Source: Escherichia phage vB_EcoM_ESCO8. From it: a DNA stretch of 64,000 nt. The stretch is from sequence record OM386653.1, one strand, 5' to 3'. The notes below the pieces were generated by a model. The model had not been told where the DNA came from. It saw nothing but the letters and a program-made list of their open reading frames with translations, and did no database searches. Positions 1 through 9,469 of this stretch are shown in pieces. The translations under genes and the position numbers were made by a program. Every line of letters starts with the position of its first letter. Position 1 is the first letter of the stretch.

Positions 1-330
1 ATTTGATAGTTTATTCCTTTGATGTTTTGTTGTTTGATAGTTATTAGCTATCAATATATAGCGGGATCTTCCGGTGATTATCTTCCCCTGTCCCCAGGTG
101 CCGCCCGTTCCATAATAATAATCAAAAGCAGGGTAAAAGGCAAGATAAAAAGCAAATTATTTCCTATGTGCTTTAAACGCTCTAGATAGCTTTATAACGG
201 CTTTTTCATCCTGGTAAGGTGATTAATCATCACTACCTTGTTTAAGCGGTTATAATCGGTTTTAGGCTGTTTTACGCCACCTTTACGCCTATTCTTTACG
301 TGTTGTTTCCATCGTGAAAAAAGAATACAA

Positions 331-360
331 AAAAGGGCGCTTAGTGCGCCCCTTTCTTTT
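331..360 (-). terminator. Rho-independent terminator-like hairpin (bidirectional)
   Basis: GGGCGC-ttagt-GCGCCC stem-loop at 335-351 flanked by A-run and T-rich tract, immediately 3' of minus-strand ORF 369..758. Confidence 0.55.
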
Positions 361-368
361 ACCGTGTA

Positions 369-758
369 TTAATATTCGTTATAATACATCGCTAATTTTT
401 CATCAAAAGCTGATTGACGATCCGCATACTCCCAGAACATTTCCTGATCCTGTTGTTCGTCATCATCCATCATGTTGAATTGCGCAACCTCCTGGTAAGT
501 GATCGCTATATTATAACGATAGGTGATCTCTTCTGCGATGTTTTCCGGTAAAGATGATTCTACACTGTCTAACAGCATATCTAACATCATTTCAGCCGCT
601 TTTTCATCATTATCAAAGCAGTAAGCAGACCATGCCGCATGATGTTTATTTTTCATCTTTGCAATCAAGCCGTTTACTAAAAAAGGCGCTACGTTGTTAA
701 CGATACCCTGTAAAGATTGGAATTTTTCAACGTTAGAAACAGAAACCAGGTTGCGCAT
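369..758 (-). CDS. hypothetical early protein, acidic C-terminus
   Basis: ORF track 129 aa; no domain recognised. Confidence 0.55.
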   Translation of the reverse strand: MRNLVSVSNVEKFQSLQGIVNNVAPFLVNGLIAKMKNKHHAAWSAYCFDNDEKAAEMMLDMLLDSVESSLPENIAEEITYRYNIAITYQEVAQFNMMDDDEQQDQEMFWEYADRQSAFDEKLAMYYNEY

Positions 759-813
759 AGTATTTACCTTTTTTGATTACCTGGCGGGAAACCATTTCCC
801 GCCTACGTGGTAA

Positions 814-841
814 ATAATACCATATTGGGGATCGGTGTCAA
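814..841 (-). promoter_or_regulatory. sigma70-like early promoter with 5' leader hairpin
   Basis: Minus strand reads TTGACA-16nt-TATTAT; conserved hairpin GGCGGGAAACCATTTCCCGCC (783-803) lies at predicted transcript 5' end upstream of ORF starting at 758. Confidence 0.5.
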
Positions 842-847
842 TACTTT

Positions 848-1234
848 TTATTCAATATAAATCAAATTATCTTCACCAATGTAAGCATGCACCGATGGCA
901 TTAATTTAGCTGCATTTGTTAGGCGGTTGGCGGTGTTAGTAGTGTATATTTCAGGGCGATCCCAAAAGCCTACGCCGTGACCGTTACGGGTGAAATGTAA
1001 GTCATTCCCGATCTGGTTTGCTGTTGCGCCGTCGCTCATTGCCTCAGAGATAGCAGCATCATTGGCATCACAATAAGCCGCTACGTCATGAATGATCCGC
1101 TGATGGGCTTGATCTGAAAAATCATAATCGTCTAAGTTATCAATAAAATAGCCTTCATGATCCCTGGCTGATTCAGCAAAAATAAAGGCTTCTTTATAAC
1201 CGTTGATGATTTCAATAATGATTTCAGTTTTCAT
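848..1234 (-). CDS. hypothetical protein
   Basis: ORF track 128 aa; no domain recognised. Confidence 0.55.
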   Translation of the reverse strand: MKTEIIIEIINGYKEAFIFAESARDHEGYFIDNLDDYDFSDQAHQRIIHDVAAYCDANDAAISEAMSDGATANQIGNDLHFTRNGHGVGFWDRPEIYTTNTANRLTNAAKLMPSVHAYIGEDNLIYIE

Positions 1235-1464
1235 GCTGTACGCTCGACAATAATAATGGTTTGCGGGATCTCGTTTTCTACTACTAACAAGGCTTTTTTC
1301 TGTGTGATAGATATTTTAACACGTTGTAAAGTAGCGGTAAAATCTTTCATTTCATTATGCGCGGATTTAGTGCAATGCCAGATCTCAGGTTTACCTATTT
1401 GCAAGCCGCGTAAAAATTCTGTTTTACCTGTCTTATTCGTGATCATTTGATTCACCTTATCCAA
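1231..1464 (-). CDS. hypothetical protein
   Basis: ORF track 77 aa; start overlaps upstream stop (ATGA). Confidence 0.5.
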   Translation of the reverse strand: MDKVNQMITNKTGKTEFLRGLQIGKPEIWHCTKSAHNEMKDFTATLQRVKISITQKKALLVVENEIPQTIIIVERTA

Positions 1465-1561
1465 TACCGTGGGAAGATAGGATCATGTTAGCCATAGTTG
1501 CAACCAATCCAACCGATAACGCCAGGCCAACTACTACAACCGTGAAAATTTTCTCTAACAT
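1457..1561 (-). CDS. small hydrophobic peptide (34 aa, putative membrane)
   Basis: Manually read ORF MLEKIFTVVVVGLALSVGLVATMANMILSSHGIG, below ORF-track cutoff; single predicted TM helix. Confidence 0.3.
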   Translation of the reverse strand: MLEKIFTVVVVGLALSVGLVATMANMILSSHGIG

Positions 1562-1642
1562 GATTCTACCCTCATTAATGGGCGTTGCCTTATTGCCCCG
1601 CCCTATGTCGTACACTTTACCAGATAACAGCATATTGTCAAA

Positions 1643-1867
1643 CTATTTTTTATAAGGGATCAGTAAACTTCTCGCTATTGCTTCACGTAAACCTTTACTT
1701 TTTATTAGATCTATTGTTGCAGGGTGGCAAGTAAAAGCCTTTGACCATTTTTGATCACCTGGTTTACGGGCGAAAATGTAAACTTCTCCGTCGATTTCAT
1801 CCCAACGAGTATTGCTTGTTAGTTTTTTAAGCGCCATGCTGATTTCTCTTTTAGTTGTGAGCGGCAC
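1643..1867 (-). CDS. hypothetical protein
   Basis: ORF track 74 aa; preceded by conserved leader hairpin 1859-1878. Confidence 0.5.
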   Translation of the reverse strand: MPLTTKREISMALKKLTSNTRWDEIDGEVYIFARKPGDQKWSKAFTCHPATIDLIKSKGLREAIARSLLIPYKK

Positions 1868-1917
1868 TATTGCCGCCCTACGAAATACATTCTACCCGAT
1901 TTATAATTGTTGTCAAA

Positions 1918-2187
1918 CTATTTTTTCAAGCTCGACCAGTCAAAACACGGGGCGATCTCGTTAAAACTTGTACCCTGTAAAGCACATAATTTTTTAGCAA
2001 TAGCCGCCGTAACCTGGCGTTGTACGCGAGGATCTGCTACTGATTGGAGAAAGTAGGCGGCTTTATATGTGATCATGCTTTCGCCTGTTTCCTTGTTAAC
2101 GTGGTGCACGGTTTTAGCCTTATCATCTTTTACCAGGGTGTAACCGGATTCGATGGCCTTGATTGCAACGTCCAAAGATATTTTCAT
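1918..2187 (-). CDS. hypothetical protein
   Basis: ORF track 89 aa. Confidence 0.5.
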   Translation of the reverse strand: MKISLDVAIKAIESGYTLVKDDKAKTVHHVNKETGESMITYKAAYFLQSVADPRVQRQVTAAIAKKLCALQGTSFNEIAPCFDWSSLKK

Positions 2188-2234
2188 GATTTACCTCTTT
2201 ATTGACGGCGGGGAATACTCCCCCGCCTTATTAA

Positions 2235-2435
2235 TTACTCTTCATCGTCGCCGTTATAGTATTCAATGCCGTTTTCATCGGTTACAGTAATGTTAACGCC
2301 ACCGATAGCAACACGATCACGGGCAAACGTCATGGCTTCATTTAAATCTTCAGACCAAAAAATATTGTGACCTTTGCGCGATACGTAAAACATAGTTGGG
2401 ATCATGATTTGTTTCTCTTCTGTTATGAGCGGCAC
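2235..2435 (-). CDS. hypothetical protein
   Basis: ORF track 66 aa; leader hairpin 2427-2446 upstream. Confidence 0.5.
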   Translation of the reverse strand: MPLITEEKQIMIPTMFYVSRKGHNIFWSEDLNEAMTFARDRVAIGGVNITVTDENGIEYYNGDDEE

Positions 2436-2486
2436 TATTGCCGCCCTATGTGATAAACTTTACTACGTTGTTTGCCTAGTGTCAAA

Positions 2487-2771
2487 TTATTTTTTAATGT
2501 TTTGCCCTACAAAATTAATCACTTCCTTAAGCTGTTTCTCAGTCATGATCGTGCCTGGCAATTCTTCTTTGATTTCTTCCGGTAGATAGATATTACCGCG
2601 CCAGGTTAATAAACAACCGTTTTGATCTTCGCAGATAGAATAAGAGAAGATCCACTCATTATCATTCTCAAGCTCCCAAAAGCACAAAAAATCTTCTTTC
2701 CCCAGGTTTTCAACGGTTAAACATAAGCCGCGACGTGCTGCATAGTTGGAAAGTGCTTTTGTGATCTTCAT
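2487..2771 (-). CDS. hypothetical protein
   Basis: ORF track 94 aa; leader hairpin 2791-2812 upstream. Confidence 0.5.
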   Translation of the reverse strand: MKITKALSNYAARRGLCLTVENLGKEDFLCFWELENDNEWIFSYSICEDQNGCLLTWRGNIYLPEEIKEELPGTIMTEKQLKEVINFVGQNIKK

Positions 2772-2825
2772 AGCTTATCTCTTCTTTTAAGGCGGGGGAA
2801 ACCATTTCCCCGCTCTATGAGATAC

Positions 2826-2854
2826 AATATACTACCCGTTCAGTGTGCTGTCAA
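2826..2854 (-). promoter_or_regulatory. sigma70-like early promoter with leader hairpin
   Basis: Minus strand TTGACA-17nt-TATATT followed by hairpin 2791-2812. Confidence 0.5.
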
Positions 2855-3178
2855 TCAATAATCTTCAATATTTTCTACATTGACAAAAGCATGTTTATTT
2901 TCTAAGTTTTCGCCGTACCATTGCCCCATGTTGATTTCTGCGGTGCGCAACCAGGACATGCCGCGTTCTATCTTTTTGCTCGCAATGTCGATCCGGCTTT
3001 TGCATAGTGATTTAGCTTGCAATGTAAAAACACTATTGCCCTGTAATGCTTCCAGGTCATCATGTGCAAGGCGATACTCTTTAAAGCCTGATTCTATCAT
3101 TTCAATCGCATCAAGGAAACGAGCGCGATGATAGAAAAAATCAGAGTTATCCAAATAAACACCGATCACAGATTTCAT
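2855..3178 (-). CDS. hypothetical protein
   Basis: ORF track frame; start moved to internal ATG (MKSVIGV) preceded by AAAGGG RBS. Confidence 0.5.
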   Translation of the reverse strand: MKSVIGVYLDNSDFFYHRARFLDAIEMIESGFKEYRLAHDDLEALQGNSVFTLQAKSLCKSRIDIASKKIERGMSWLRTAEINMGQWYGENLENKHAFVNVENIEDY

Positions 3179-3507
3179 AATTTTACCCTTTTGTTTGCGG
3201 CCTTTGCCGTTTTCAAGATATAGTTTAAAGCATAACAAAAAATTGTCAAGCCTTTAAAGCGTACAACTATAAAACCTATTAAAACACAATGTATAATAAC
3301 ATGGCTATAGTAGCAATACAACATAAAGCCATGCTTGTTTTCCTTCCTTCCTCGTATGCTGGATTTATTACGCTATATTGTACGGGAATAATTTTCATGC
3401 TGTTTCCTTAATGTCTTAAAACGTGGTTTACAATAGAAACAAGCATACAGAAGAAAAAAGATCCTGTCAATAAGATACCGAAAAATAAATGTAAATAGGG
3501 CATGGTT

Positions 3508-3810
3508 TTACTCCTTAAAAAAATCATTGACAATTAAACTGATAACGCCCAGCACCAGATCACCAGGTAGCGCCGCGCTTTCGTTGTTGCTTGTTTGCAC
3601 TTCCTCACTAGTACCAGCATGATAAATCGCATGGTAAGCAATAGTATAATAACCTTTCGTTATTTCTTTAAGATTAATGATTAGCACGTTATTTGTTTCA
3701 TCTTGAAACAATTTAGCGGTGATAGTATTGTTTTCTTTTACACTATCGACTTTTATTGATGGATCATTTACACCAGAAAAAAGAAAAAACGTTTTAGCTA
3801 TGCCGTTCAT
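3508..3810 (-). CDS. hypothetical protein
   Basis: ORF track 100 aa. Confidence 0.5.
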   Translation of the reverse strand: MNGIAKTFFLFSGVNDPSIKVDSVKENNTITAKLFQDETNNVLIINLKEITKGYYTIAYHAIYHAGTSEEVQTSNNESAALPGDLVLGVISLIVNDFFKE

Positions 3811-3857
3811 GTAGTTCTCCTTTGTTGTGTGTATCTTATAACGTGCTTTCTATGTTG

Positions 3858-4259
3858 TCAATCTTTTATCTCGGTGCATTTTGCTAGGGTATACGTTGCA
3901 AGTGCTGACACTAGTTTTTCATTGCTACGATCTGCGGCTGTACTGTGTACTTTTTGAATACTTTTTAACCACGGCGTAAAATTTTGAGTAGTGAGCACAC
4001 TGGTAATAATTTCACATGGCACATCTTCATTTAAGCCATTAACAATAGATTTATCTATTTTTGCCGTTAGTTGTGTAACAGCACCATAAGCGATCATGTG
4101 TGAATCCTCCATGATTTCATCGGGGATCGCATTATTAATAAGCATGACGTTTTCCATTGCATCAACGGCGCTTAATTCTGCTACTGTGGAGGATATCGCC
4201 GCGCTAGATGTTCCAACCATGCCAAAAGAGATTAAACCAGCGATCAATAATTTTTTCAT
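3858..4259 (-). CDS. hypothetical secreted protein (signal peptide)
   Basis: ORF track frame; start at MKKLLIAGLISFGMVGTSSA with GAGG RBS; N-terminal Sec-type signal. Confidence 0.5.
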   Translation of the reverse strand: MKKLLIAGLISFGMVGTSSAAISSTVAELSAVDAMENVMLINNAIPDEIMEDSHMIAYGAVTQLTAKIDKSIVNGLNEDVPCEIITSVLTTQNFTPWLKSIQKVHSTAADRSNEKLVSALATYTLAKCTEIKD

Positions 4260-4267
4260 TTCTTGCC

Positions 4268-4450
4268 TCATATATGTTTTATTGAGATTATATTGTCACT
4301 ATATACAACGTTTTTCAACGTGTCAATAAAAATCTTATTGCCTTCAATCCCCAGGATCACGCCGCTAGTTATGAAGCCATATTGATCACGATATCTGGCG
4401 CATAACCTTTGCCCCTGGGCTAGTGCCTTGCTTATTTCTTCTAATCTCAT
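4268..4450 (-). CDS. hypothetical protein
   Basis: ORF track 60 aa. Confidence 0.4.
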   Translation of the reverse strand: MRLEEISKALAQGQRLCARYRDQYGFITSGVILGIEGNKIFIDTLKNVVYSDNIISIKHI

Positions 4451-4720
4451 TTTAAAGCTCCTGTAAAGCCGTCTAACGTTGATTTATAGGCTTGCCCTGG
4501 CGTTACCATTGCCTATGGGTAACAAGCCTCTATATAAGCTAAAAGGGCGCTTATTGCGCCCTTTTTGTTATTCGTTCCAGTATCTTTTTGTGCTGCGATC
4601 TCTTTTTGTTTTGTTCCGCTTATCGCCTTTTTTGGTGATCTCTTCGTTCCAATTTTTACGCGCCTTGCTGCGGTTGAATTTTTCGATCTGCTGTGATGCG
4701 TTCATGTTTTTTCCTCTTAA

Positions 4721-5080
4721 TTACGCCACGTTATGCTGTTTTGCCAGGGTTACGATCATGCTTGCAATATATAACCAATAATTTTCCCGCTCACGGGTAA
4801 CGGTTGTTTCTTTACTTGTTTCTTTTATGTACTTCCATTCAATTAACAAGTGATCGATCTCGTTATAATCAAAAGCAATATTGATTTCTGACGGTAAACC
4901 TTGTAACCAGGAGGCTATCGCCTTGATCATGTTATGATTGTAACGTTTTTGATTATCGGGATACCAGTATTCAGATTTAAAACGGCGCATCAGTTCGGTG
5001 ATCTTTTCTTTTTCTGTTGTAGTACCATTAAAAGAAATAGCCGACACAATGTAAGTTTTAATTGCTTTTACTGATTTCAT
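4721..5080 (-). CDS. hypothetical protein
   Basis: ORF track 119 aa; leader hairpin 5101-5121 upstream. Confidence 0.55.
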   Translation of the reverse strand: MKSVKAIKTYIVSAISFNGTTTEKEKITELMRRFKSEYWYPDNQKRYNHNMIKAIASWLQGLPSEINIAFDYNEIDHLLIEWKYIKETSKETTVTRERENYWLYIASMIVTLAKQHNVA

Positions 5081-5130
5081 AATCTTATCTCTTTATTGAT
5101 GGCGGGAAACCATTTCCCGCCGTTGTTGTT

Positions 5131-5159
5131 ACTTTACTTATAAATCATGCTACTGTCAA
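5131..5159 (-). promoter_or_regulatory. sigma70-like early promoter with leader hairpin
   Basis: Minus strand TTGACA-17nt-TAAAGT then hairpin GGCGGGAAATGGTTTCCCGCC (5101-5121). Confidence 0.45.
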
Positions 5160-5169
5160 GCGGATATTA

Positions 5170-5337
5170 TTTATTTTTTAACGTTAATGTTCCCAGCTTA
5201 TCAGCGTGACGCAGACCAGGGAAGATCCATTTTCCTGATTCATCTTTTACCGGGGCTTTAAGCGTAGCGCCCAAGTTGGCGGCATTAACTTTACGTGCAA
5301 CGTTGCGAGCGGCTTCACGGGTGGCGAAAGTGATCAT
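5170..5337 (-). CDS. hypothetical small protein (55 aa)
   Basis: Manually read ORF MITFATREAARNVARKVNAANLGATLKAPVKDESGKWIFPGLRHADKLGTLTLKNK with GAGG-type RBS; below ORF-track cutoff. Confidence 0.4.
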
Positions 5338-5408
5338 GGTGTTTTCCTCTTCTCTTTGTTAGGCGGTTGGCTATTCCACCGCCTTGATGAATACAGTTTA
5401 CTCTATTT

Positions 5409-5567
5409 TTATTTCTTTGCAACTACTTTTATATTTTCTTTCTTTGCCTCTTCCACCTGATCCGCCCACTGCTTACCCCACGTTTGAGCGTTATAGTGAT
5501 ATTGACAAAGAGCAACGCCACGTTTTAAACCAGAGATAGACTTTTTACCACATTGGCAAGTTTTCAT
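5409..5567 (-). CDS. hypothetical small Cys-rich protein (52 aa, zinc-ribbon-like)
   Basis: Manually read ORF MKTCQCGKKSISGLKRGVALCQYHY...; CxC...CxxH pattern; AAGGG RBS. Confidence 0.4.
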   Translation of the reverse strand: MKTCQCGKKSISGLKRGVALCQYHYNAQTWGKQWADQVEEAKKENIKVVAKK

Positions 5568-5578
5568 TTTGTGATCCC

Positions 5579-5842
5579 TTAGTTGATAATTGTCAAAGTA
5601 AAATCATAATCTTTTGACAGTTTATATTGCACCTTGTTACCGTATATGTCACCTTTACGTAAAGATCCACGGATACCGATAACATCCTTCACGTCTTTTA
5701 AATTTTTCACGCCTGTAATGTCTTTGTTGAAATACTCGTCATCTGAAAATAAAACTTGACTTGCATTTTTTAACAGTGTGCGGATATTAGCCATTTTGAT
5801 AATCTCTCTTACTATGAGCGGCACTATTGCCGCCCTATGCAT
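5579..5842 (-). CDS. hypothetical protein
   Basis: ORF track 87 aa; hairpin 5806-5825 lies inside the 5' end of this ORF as tracked, so the true start may be an internal ATG. Confidence 0.5.
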   Translation of the reverse strand: MHRAAIVPLIVREIIKMANIRTLLKNASQVLFSDDEYFNKDITGVKNLKDVKDVIGIRGSLRKGDIYGNKVQYKLSKDYDFTLTIIN

Positions 5843-5881
5843 TACATTTTACTGATTTTAGTTATCTTGTCAAGATTATTT

Positions 5882-6109
5882 TTAGTTTAATCCATCCAGG
5901 CACAACAAGCGATCAACATTCAGATCGGTTAGGCTAATCGTTGGCACCTGGTAGGATTCGATGTACTCAACGCTCGACCATTGCCCGAAGTTAGCGACCG
6001 CCCAGCTATTCAAGGAAGAGTGAAGATCATCCCCTTTCTTCTCGGTGATAACTGCTACTACCTGGGAGCTTCCAACCGTACCGGATACGCGAACAATAAC
6101 GATAGCCAT
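5882..6109 (-). CDS. hypothetical protein
   Basis: ORF track 75 aa; leader hairpin 6123-6143 upstream. Confidence 0.5.
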   Translation of the reverse strand: MAIVIVRVSGTVGSSQVVAVITEKKGDDLHSSLNSWAVANFGQWSSVEYIESYQVPTISLTDLNVDRLLCLDGLN

Positions 6110-6154
6110 AATGATAACCTTTCTTTGATTTGGCGGGAAACCATTTCCCGCCCT

Positions 6155-6182
6155 ATGTGATATATCTTACACTAATTTAAAA
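6155..6182 (-). promoter_or_regulatory. sigma70-like early promoter with leader hairpin
   Basis: Minus strand TTGACA-16nt-TAAGAT followed by hairpin 6123-6143. Confidence 0.5.
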
Positions 6183-6286
6183 CGTTGTCAAATTATTTTC
6201 TATTTCTTCCGTAATAGCCTAATTTATGATCTAAGCTAAAACGTTTTGTGAGATAGGTCGAACGATGTTTCATTTTTATATCTCCT

Positions 6287-6526
6287 TTACATTCCAACCA
6301 TCGCGGCGCGGATTGCAGTTTTACTGAACTTGTAACCGTCTGGCGTTTTATCTTGATCCATACTTTCAAGAAATAACATCATATCACGCGCTGCGTCATT
6401 CTTATTGGTGTTAGCTGCGATAAATTCACGCGCAAGATTATAAAAACCTTCATCATTGTTGATCCAAAGGCTTACATTCCAATGAGTTTTGTTTTTGTGA
6501 CCTAAGAACATTTTTGATTTAGCCAT
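6287..6526 (-). CDS. hypothetical protein
   Basis: ORF track 79 aa; leader hairpin 6551-6567. Confidence 0.5.
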   Translation of the reverse strand: MAKSKMFLGHKNKTHWNVSLWINNDEGFYNLAREFIAANTNKNDAARDMMLFLESMDQDKTPDGYKFSKTAIRAAMVGM

Positions 6527-6614
6527 GATGTTAATCTCTTTTTCAGTGAGGCGGGAACTATTCCCGCTCTCTATGTAATACAGTTTACTCTTTTTATTCG
6601 TGCTGTCAATGCTT

Positions 6615-6980
6615 TTATAAATCTTTTTTACGTTTTACATCGCTTGCATGACTGTATACAGTGATCCCATTGTCACGGCAAAAACGGGAAAGGTAGGCAT
6701 AATTTGAAAACTCTTTACCTTCCAGGTTGATAACCTTGCTAAATTCTTCCATTGCTACAGTGTCAAAGTGATCCCCGTATCCATATTGGAACGGCACGTT
6801 TACTACTTCGATCAGTTTACCGCCGATCTCAACGTCAACCATCAAAGAGAAATAAGTATTACCATAAGACTTTTGAAACCAGCGACGGGCGCTAATATGT
6901 ACCGCTTCAATGCTGGATAGTTCAATTTTAGCAGTGTTAGCCAGGGTAGCATAAGCAGAAACATTGATATTTTTAGCCAT
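6615..6980 (-). CDS. hypothetical protein
   Basis: ORF track 121 aa. Confidence 0.55.
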   Translation of the reverse strand: MAKNINVSAYATLANTAKIELSSIEAVHISARRWFQKSYGNTYFSLMVDVEIGGKLIEVVNVPFQYGYGDHFDTVAMEEFSKVINLEGKEFSNYAYLSRFCRDNGITVYSHASDVKRKKDL

Positions 6981-7075
6981 AGTCTTTAATCTCTTTTGAT
7001 TAGTTAGGAGTATTCCCGATAAAAGTTATTATGCTTGTACTATCGTTCGTTGTCAATAGCACAAGACTAAAACTT

Positions 7076-7255
7076 TTAACGATAATCATCATAGGCTTTA
7101 TTGACCTGGCGAATATAGCATTCAAAAGCTAGATCAATAGATTTATATTCACGGATATAATCACCATAGGAAACCACATACATTTCTATAGCTTCCTCAT
7201 ATGCCAAGATGATAGAATCTAAACCTACGATCTCAGTCTTTGCAATAATAGCCAT
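7076..7255 (-). CDS. hypothetical small protein (59 aa)
   Basis: Manually read ORF MAIIAKTEIVGLDSIILAYEEAIEMYVVSYGDY...; just below ORF-track cutoff. Confidence 0.35.
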   Translation of the reverse strand: MAIIAKTEIVGLDSIILAYEEAIEMYVVSYGDYIREYKSIDLAFECYIRQVNKAYDDYR

Positions 7256-7401
7256 GCTTTTATTCCTTAGTAATGTTTCAATCTATATAAGCATTATAGC
7301 TTACTGATTTCAGGTGTCAAGTGATTTTTTATTTCACCTTATGGGGCGTTGCCCCGCTTTATGTGGTACATATTACGGGGCTTGTTTGCATATGTCAAGC
7401 C

Positions 7402-7947
7402 TTACACAATACAATTTTCATAATTTTTTAGGGCTTGTCTTTTTTCCTCTTCTGTCGGCATGTATGGCTGGATCTCTTCCTCTTCCAGGGTAGGCATGAT
7501 TTCTTCCTCTTCCTCCTGGTCTTCCTCTTGCGCTACGGCAACAAGTTTATTGATCTTCTCCTGGGCTTTAATCAATTTTGCATCTAGCACCATTTTAGCG
7601 GTGTTGTATACCGTCCATGCCATGCGTTTTTCTTCGTATGCTTTATCTAGTGCGGCTAATTTAGCGGGATACTCTTCTAACACCTTAAAAGCCGGATCAA
7701 TGCTATATAAGGGATTATTTTTAGCGTCATCGCTTGGATCTGCGGCGCTTGCAATGTCAGCGTTACCATTTGCCAGCCAACCAGGGCGAACGGATCGCGT
7801 CTTTGTGTGCCCGTTGCTCTTTGCCGCTCGATTCCCTATCTGCTCCCCGCTGTACCCTTCCATGTGATCGATCATGTCATCTGGTATTATGCGCGGATCA
7901 TTAGCGTCATGCTTTACCCATGACTGGATCACATATTCACGCCCCAT
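7402..7947 (-). CDS. hypothetical protein with highly acidic E-rich segment
   Basis: ORF track 181 aa; poly-Glu stretch; antisense ORF 7460..7867 judged shadow. Confidence 0.55.
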   Translation of the reverse strand: MGREYVIQSWVKHDANDPRIIPDDMIDHMEGYSGEQIGNRAAKSNGHTKTRSVRPGWLANGNADIASAADPSDDAKNNPLYSIDPAFKVLEEYPAKLAALDKAYEEKRMAWTVYNTAKMVLDAKLIKAQEKINKLVAVAQEEDQEEEEEIMPTLEEEEIQPYMPTEEEKRQALKNYENCIV

Positions 7948-8209
7948 GTTCGTTCGCCTCTTCTGTTAGTAGTTTACACACCTTAAACATGCTTGCCGCG
8001 TCTTTTGACGGTAGCCAGCCTATGCGATACACTCCAGGATCTGGATTCGTTATATCTGTTAATTGAGCGTTACGATGATTAAAGATAGTGTAACCGCCAC
8101 CAGCACGGGGATAAACATTATCTTTAAACCTGATAGCGTATCTCGCCAGGTTGAACGTTGTAGCATGTTCAAAAGCGATCACATTATCAAAAACTTTTAG
8201 AAAAAACAA
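7937..8209 (-). CDS. hypothetical protein
   Basis: ORF track 90 aa. Confidence 0.5.
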   Translation of the reverse strand: MFFLKVFDNVIAFEHATTFNLARYAIRFKDNVYPRAGGGYTIFNHRNAQLTDITNPDPGVYRIGWLPSKDAASMFKVCKLLTEEANEHGA

Positions 8210-8436
8210 GATTATCCTCCCCAGCGTTTAAAGCCCGTTGCACGGTTATTTTTTAACTCTCGTTTTAGTCTCTTGCAACGGTTTACAAGTGCAAACCGTG
8301 CCGGAGTTGTAACAGTAGCGCCGTTTTTGGTGTGAATACTCATTACATATTGTTTCATAAAGTTTTATCCTATGTAAGCGGGAATAGTTCCCGCTTTAAG
8401 ATAGCTTATCAGGTTTTAGTGCAATGTTAACCGTTT

Positions 8437-8799
8437 TTATTCGTAAATTTTACCGCTTTCTACCCATACCATAACACGGCGCATGTTATCCCATGCATCT
8501 TGTCGCAGATTTAAGGCATGCAATTCTTCGGTTGTGCTCATACCTGGTACGGGCTTGCTATATGTTACAAAGAGATCGCCAGCATATTCATAAGCCAGGG
8601 TAAGATCACATTGAATCATCTTTTTAAGCATAGCATTAAGCATCATATTAGCGGCATGTTGATCACGTTTTAGCGGTAGCGTTGCGATCTGTGAGCGATA
8701 GCTTTCGATCCGTGCATCCACTGCATCACGTGGAAGATTTTTCACGTCGTCGCGGAAAGATACCAGGTTTAACATGATAGTATTGATTTGCTTGCTCAT
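8437..8799 (-). CDS. hypothetical protein
   Basis: ORF track 120 aa; leader hairpin 8822-8843 upstream. Confidence 0.55.
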   Translation of the reverse strand: MSKQINTIMLNLVSFRDDVKNLPRDAVDARIESYRSQIATLPLKRDQHAANMMLNAMLKKMIQCDLTLAYEYAGDLFVTYSKPVPGMSTTEELHALNLRQDAWDNMRRVMVWVESGKIYE

Positions 8800-8885
8800 T
8801 GCATTACCCTTTCTTTGATTTGGCGGGAAACCATTTCCCCGCCTTATGTGGTATATATTACAAAATTATTTTTAAGTGTCAAGCC

Positions 8886-9158
8886 TTAAAGCAAAAACGC
8901 TACATCTTGCGCTTTTAGTGTAGTGTCGATCATTTTCGGGCTTTTATAATCCACAAAGCGCGCGGTTTTTTCAATAACGAAGCCGAGATAATCTTGTTTA
9001 TTGAAATTACATTCTTTTTTAAATGTTTCCCGTGCCACGGTGATCGCTGCATCCAGGGATAAACGCCCATCAATATTGATGTTAGCGAAAGATCCGCCAC
9101 CGCGCATAGGTTTACCAGTGATGCCAGCTACGATCATTGATGCGCTATATGATGCCAT
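8886..9158 (-). CDS. hypothetical protein
   Basis: ORF track 90 aa; leader hairpin 9181-9200 upstream. Confidence 0.55.
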   Translation of the reverse strand: MASYSASMIVAGITGKPMRGGGSFANINIDGRLSLDAAITVARETFKKECNFNKQDYLGFVIEKTARFVDYKSPKMIDTTLKAQDVAFLL

Positions 9159-9210
9159 GATTATTTCTCTCTTCTGTTATGAGCGGCACTATTGCCGCCC
9201 TATGTGATAC

Positions 9211-9238
9211 ATCTTATCAGATTAAAAAACGTTGTCAA
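9211..9238 (-). promoter_or_regulatory. sigma70-like early promoter with leader hairpin
   Basis: Minus strand TTGACA-16nt-TAAGAT followed by hairpin GGGCGGCAATAGTGCCGCTC (9181-9200). Confidence 0.5.
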
Positions 9239-9246
9239 GAATATTT

Positions 9247-9342
9247 TTAAAAGATAATAACCGCTACTACAATCCAAAATGGAACGGCTAGAATGATAGC
9301 GTTAATCGTTCCAACCGTCAAGCTGTTTTCTTTCTTGATCAT
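9247..9342 (-). CDS. small hydrophobic peptide (31 aa)
   Basis: Manually read ORF MIKKENSLTVGTINAIILAVPFWIVVAVIIF; first ORF downstream of promoter 9470-9498. Confidence 0.3.
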   Translation of the reverse strand: MIKKENSLTVGTINAIILAVPFWIVVAVIIF

Positions 9343-9469
9343 CGTTATCAACCTTTTATAAGTAATGTTATTGTGACGGTGGATTGTGGAGATCCTCACC
9401 TTTGCCCGTCCTGCATTGCGCCCTCCTTTTGTTTATTGTCGTTGTGCCTCGCCCCCCTCGACAAGATGA

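Noticed and set aside
7460-7867. 135-aa Ser-rich plus-strand ORF
   Set aside because: Entirely antisense to the better-supported minus-strand gene 7402..7947 in a uniformly leftward block; no RBS. Judged a shadow ORF.
783-9200. Interpreting the recurrent GC-rich hairpins as intrinsic terminators
   Set aside because: They lack a downstream U-tract on the transcribed strand; most sit just downstream of an apparent promoter or just upstream of an RBS, fitting 5' leader elements rather than terminators.
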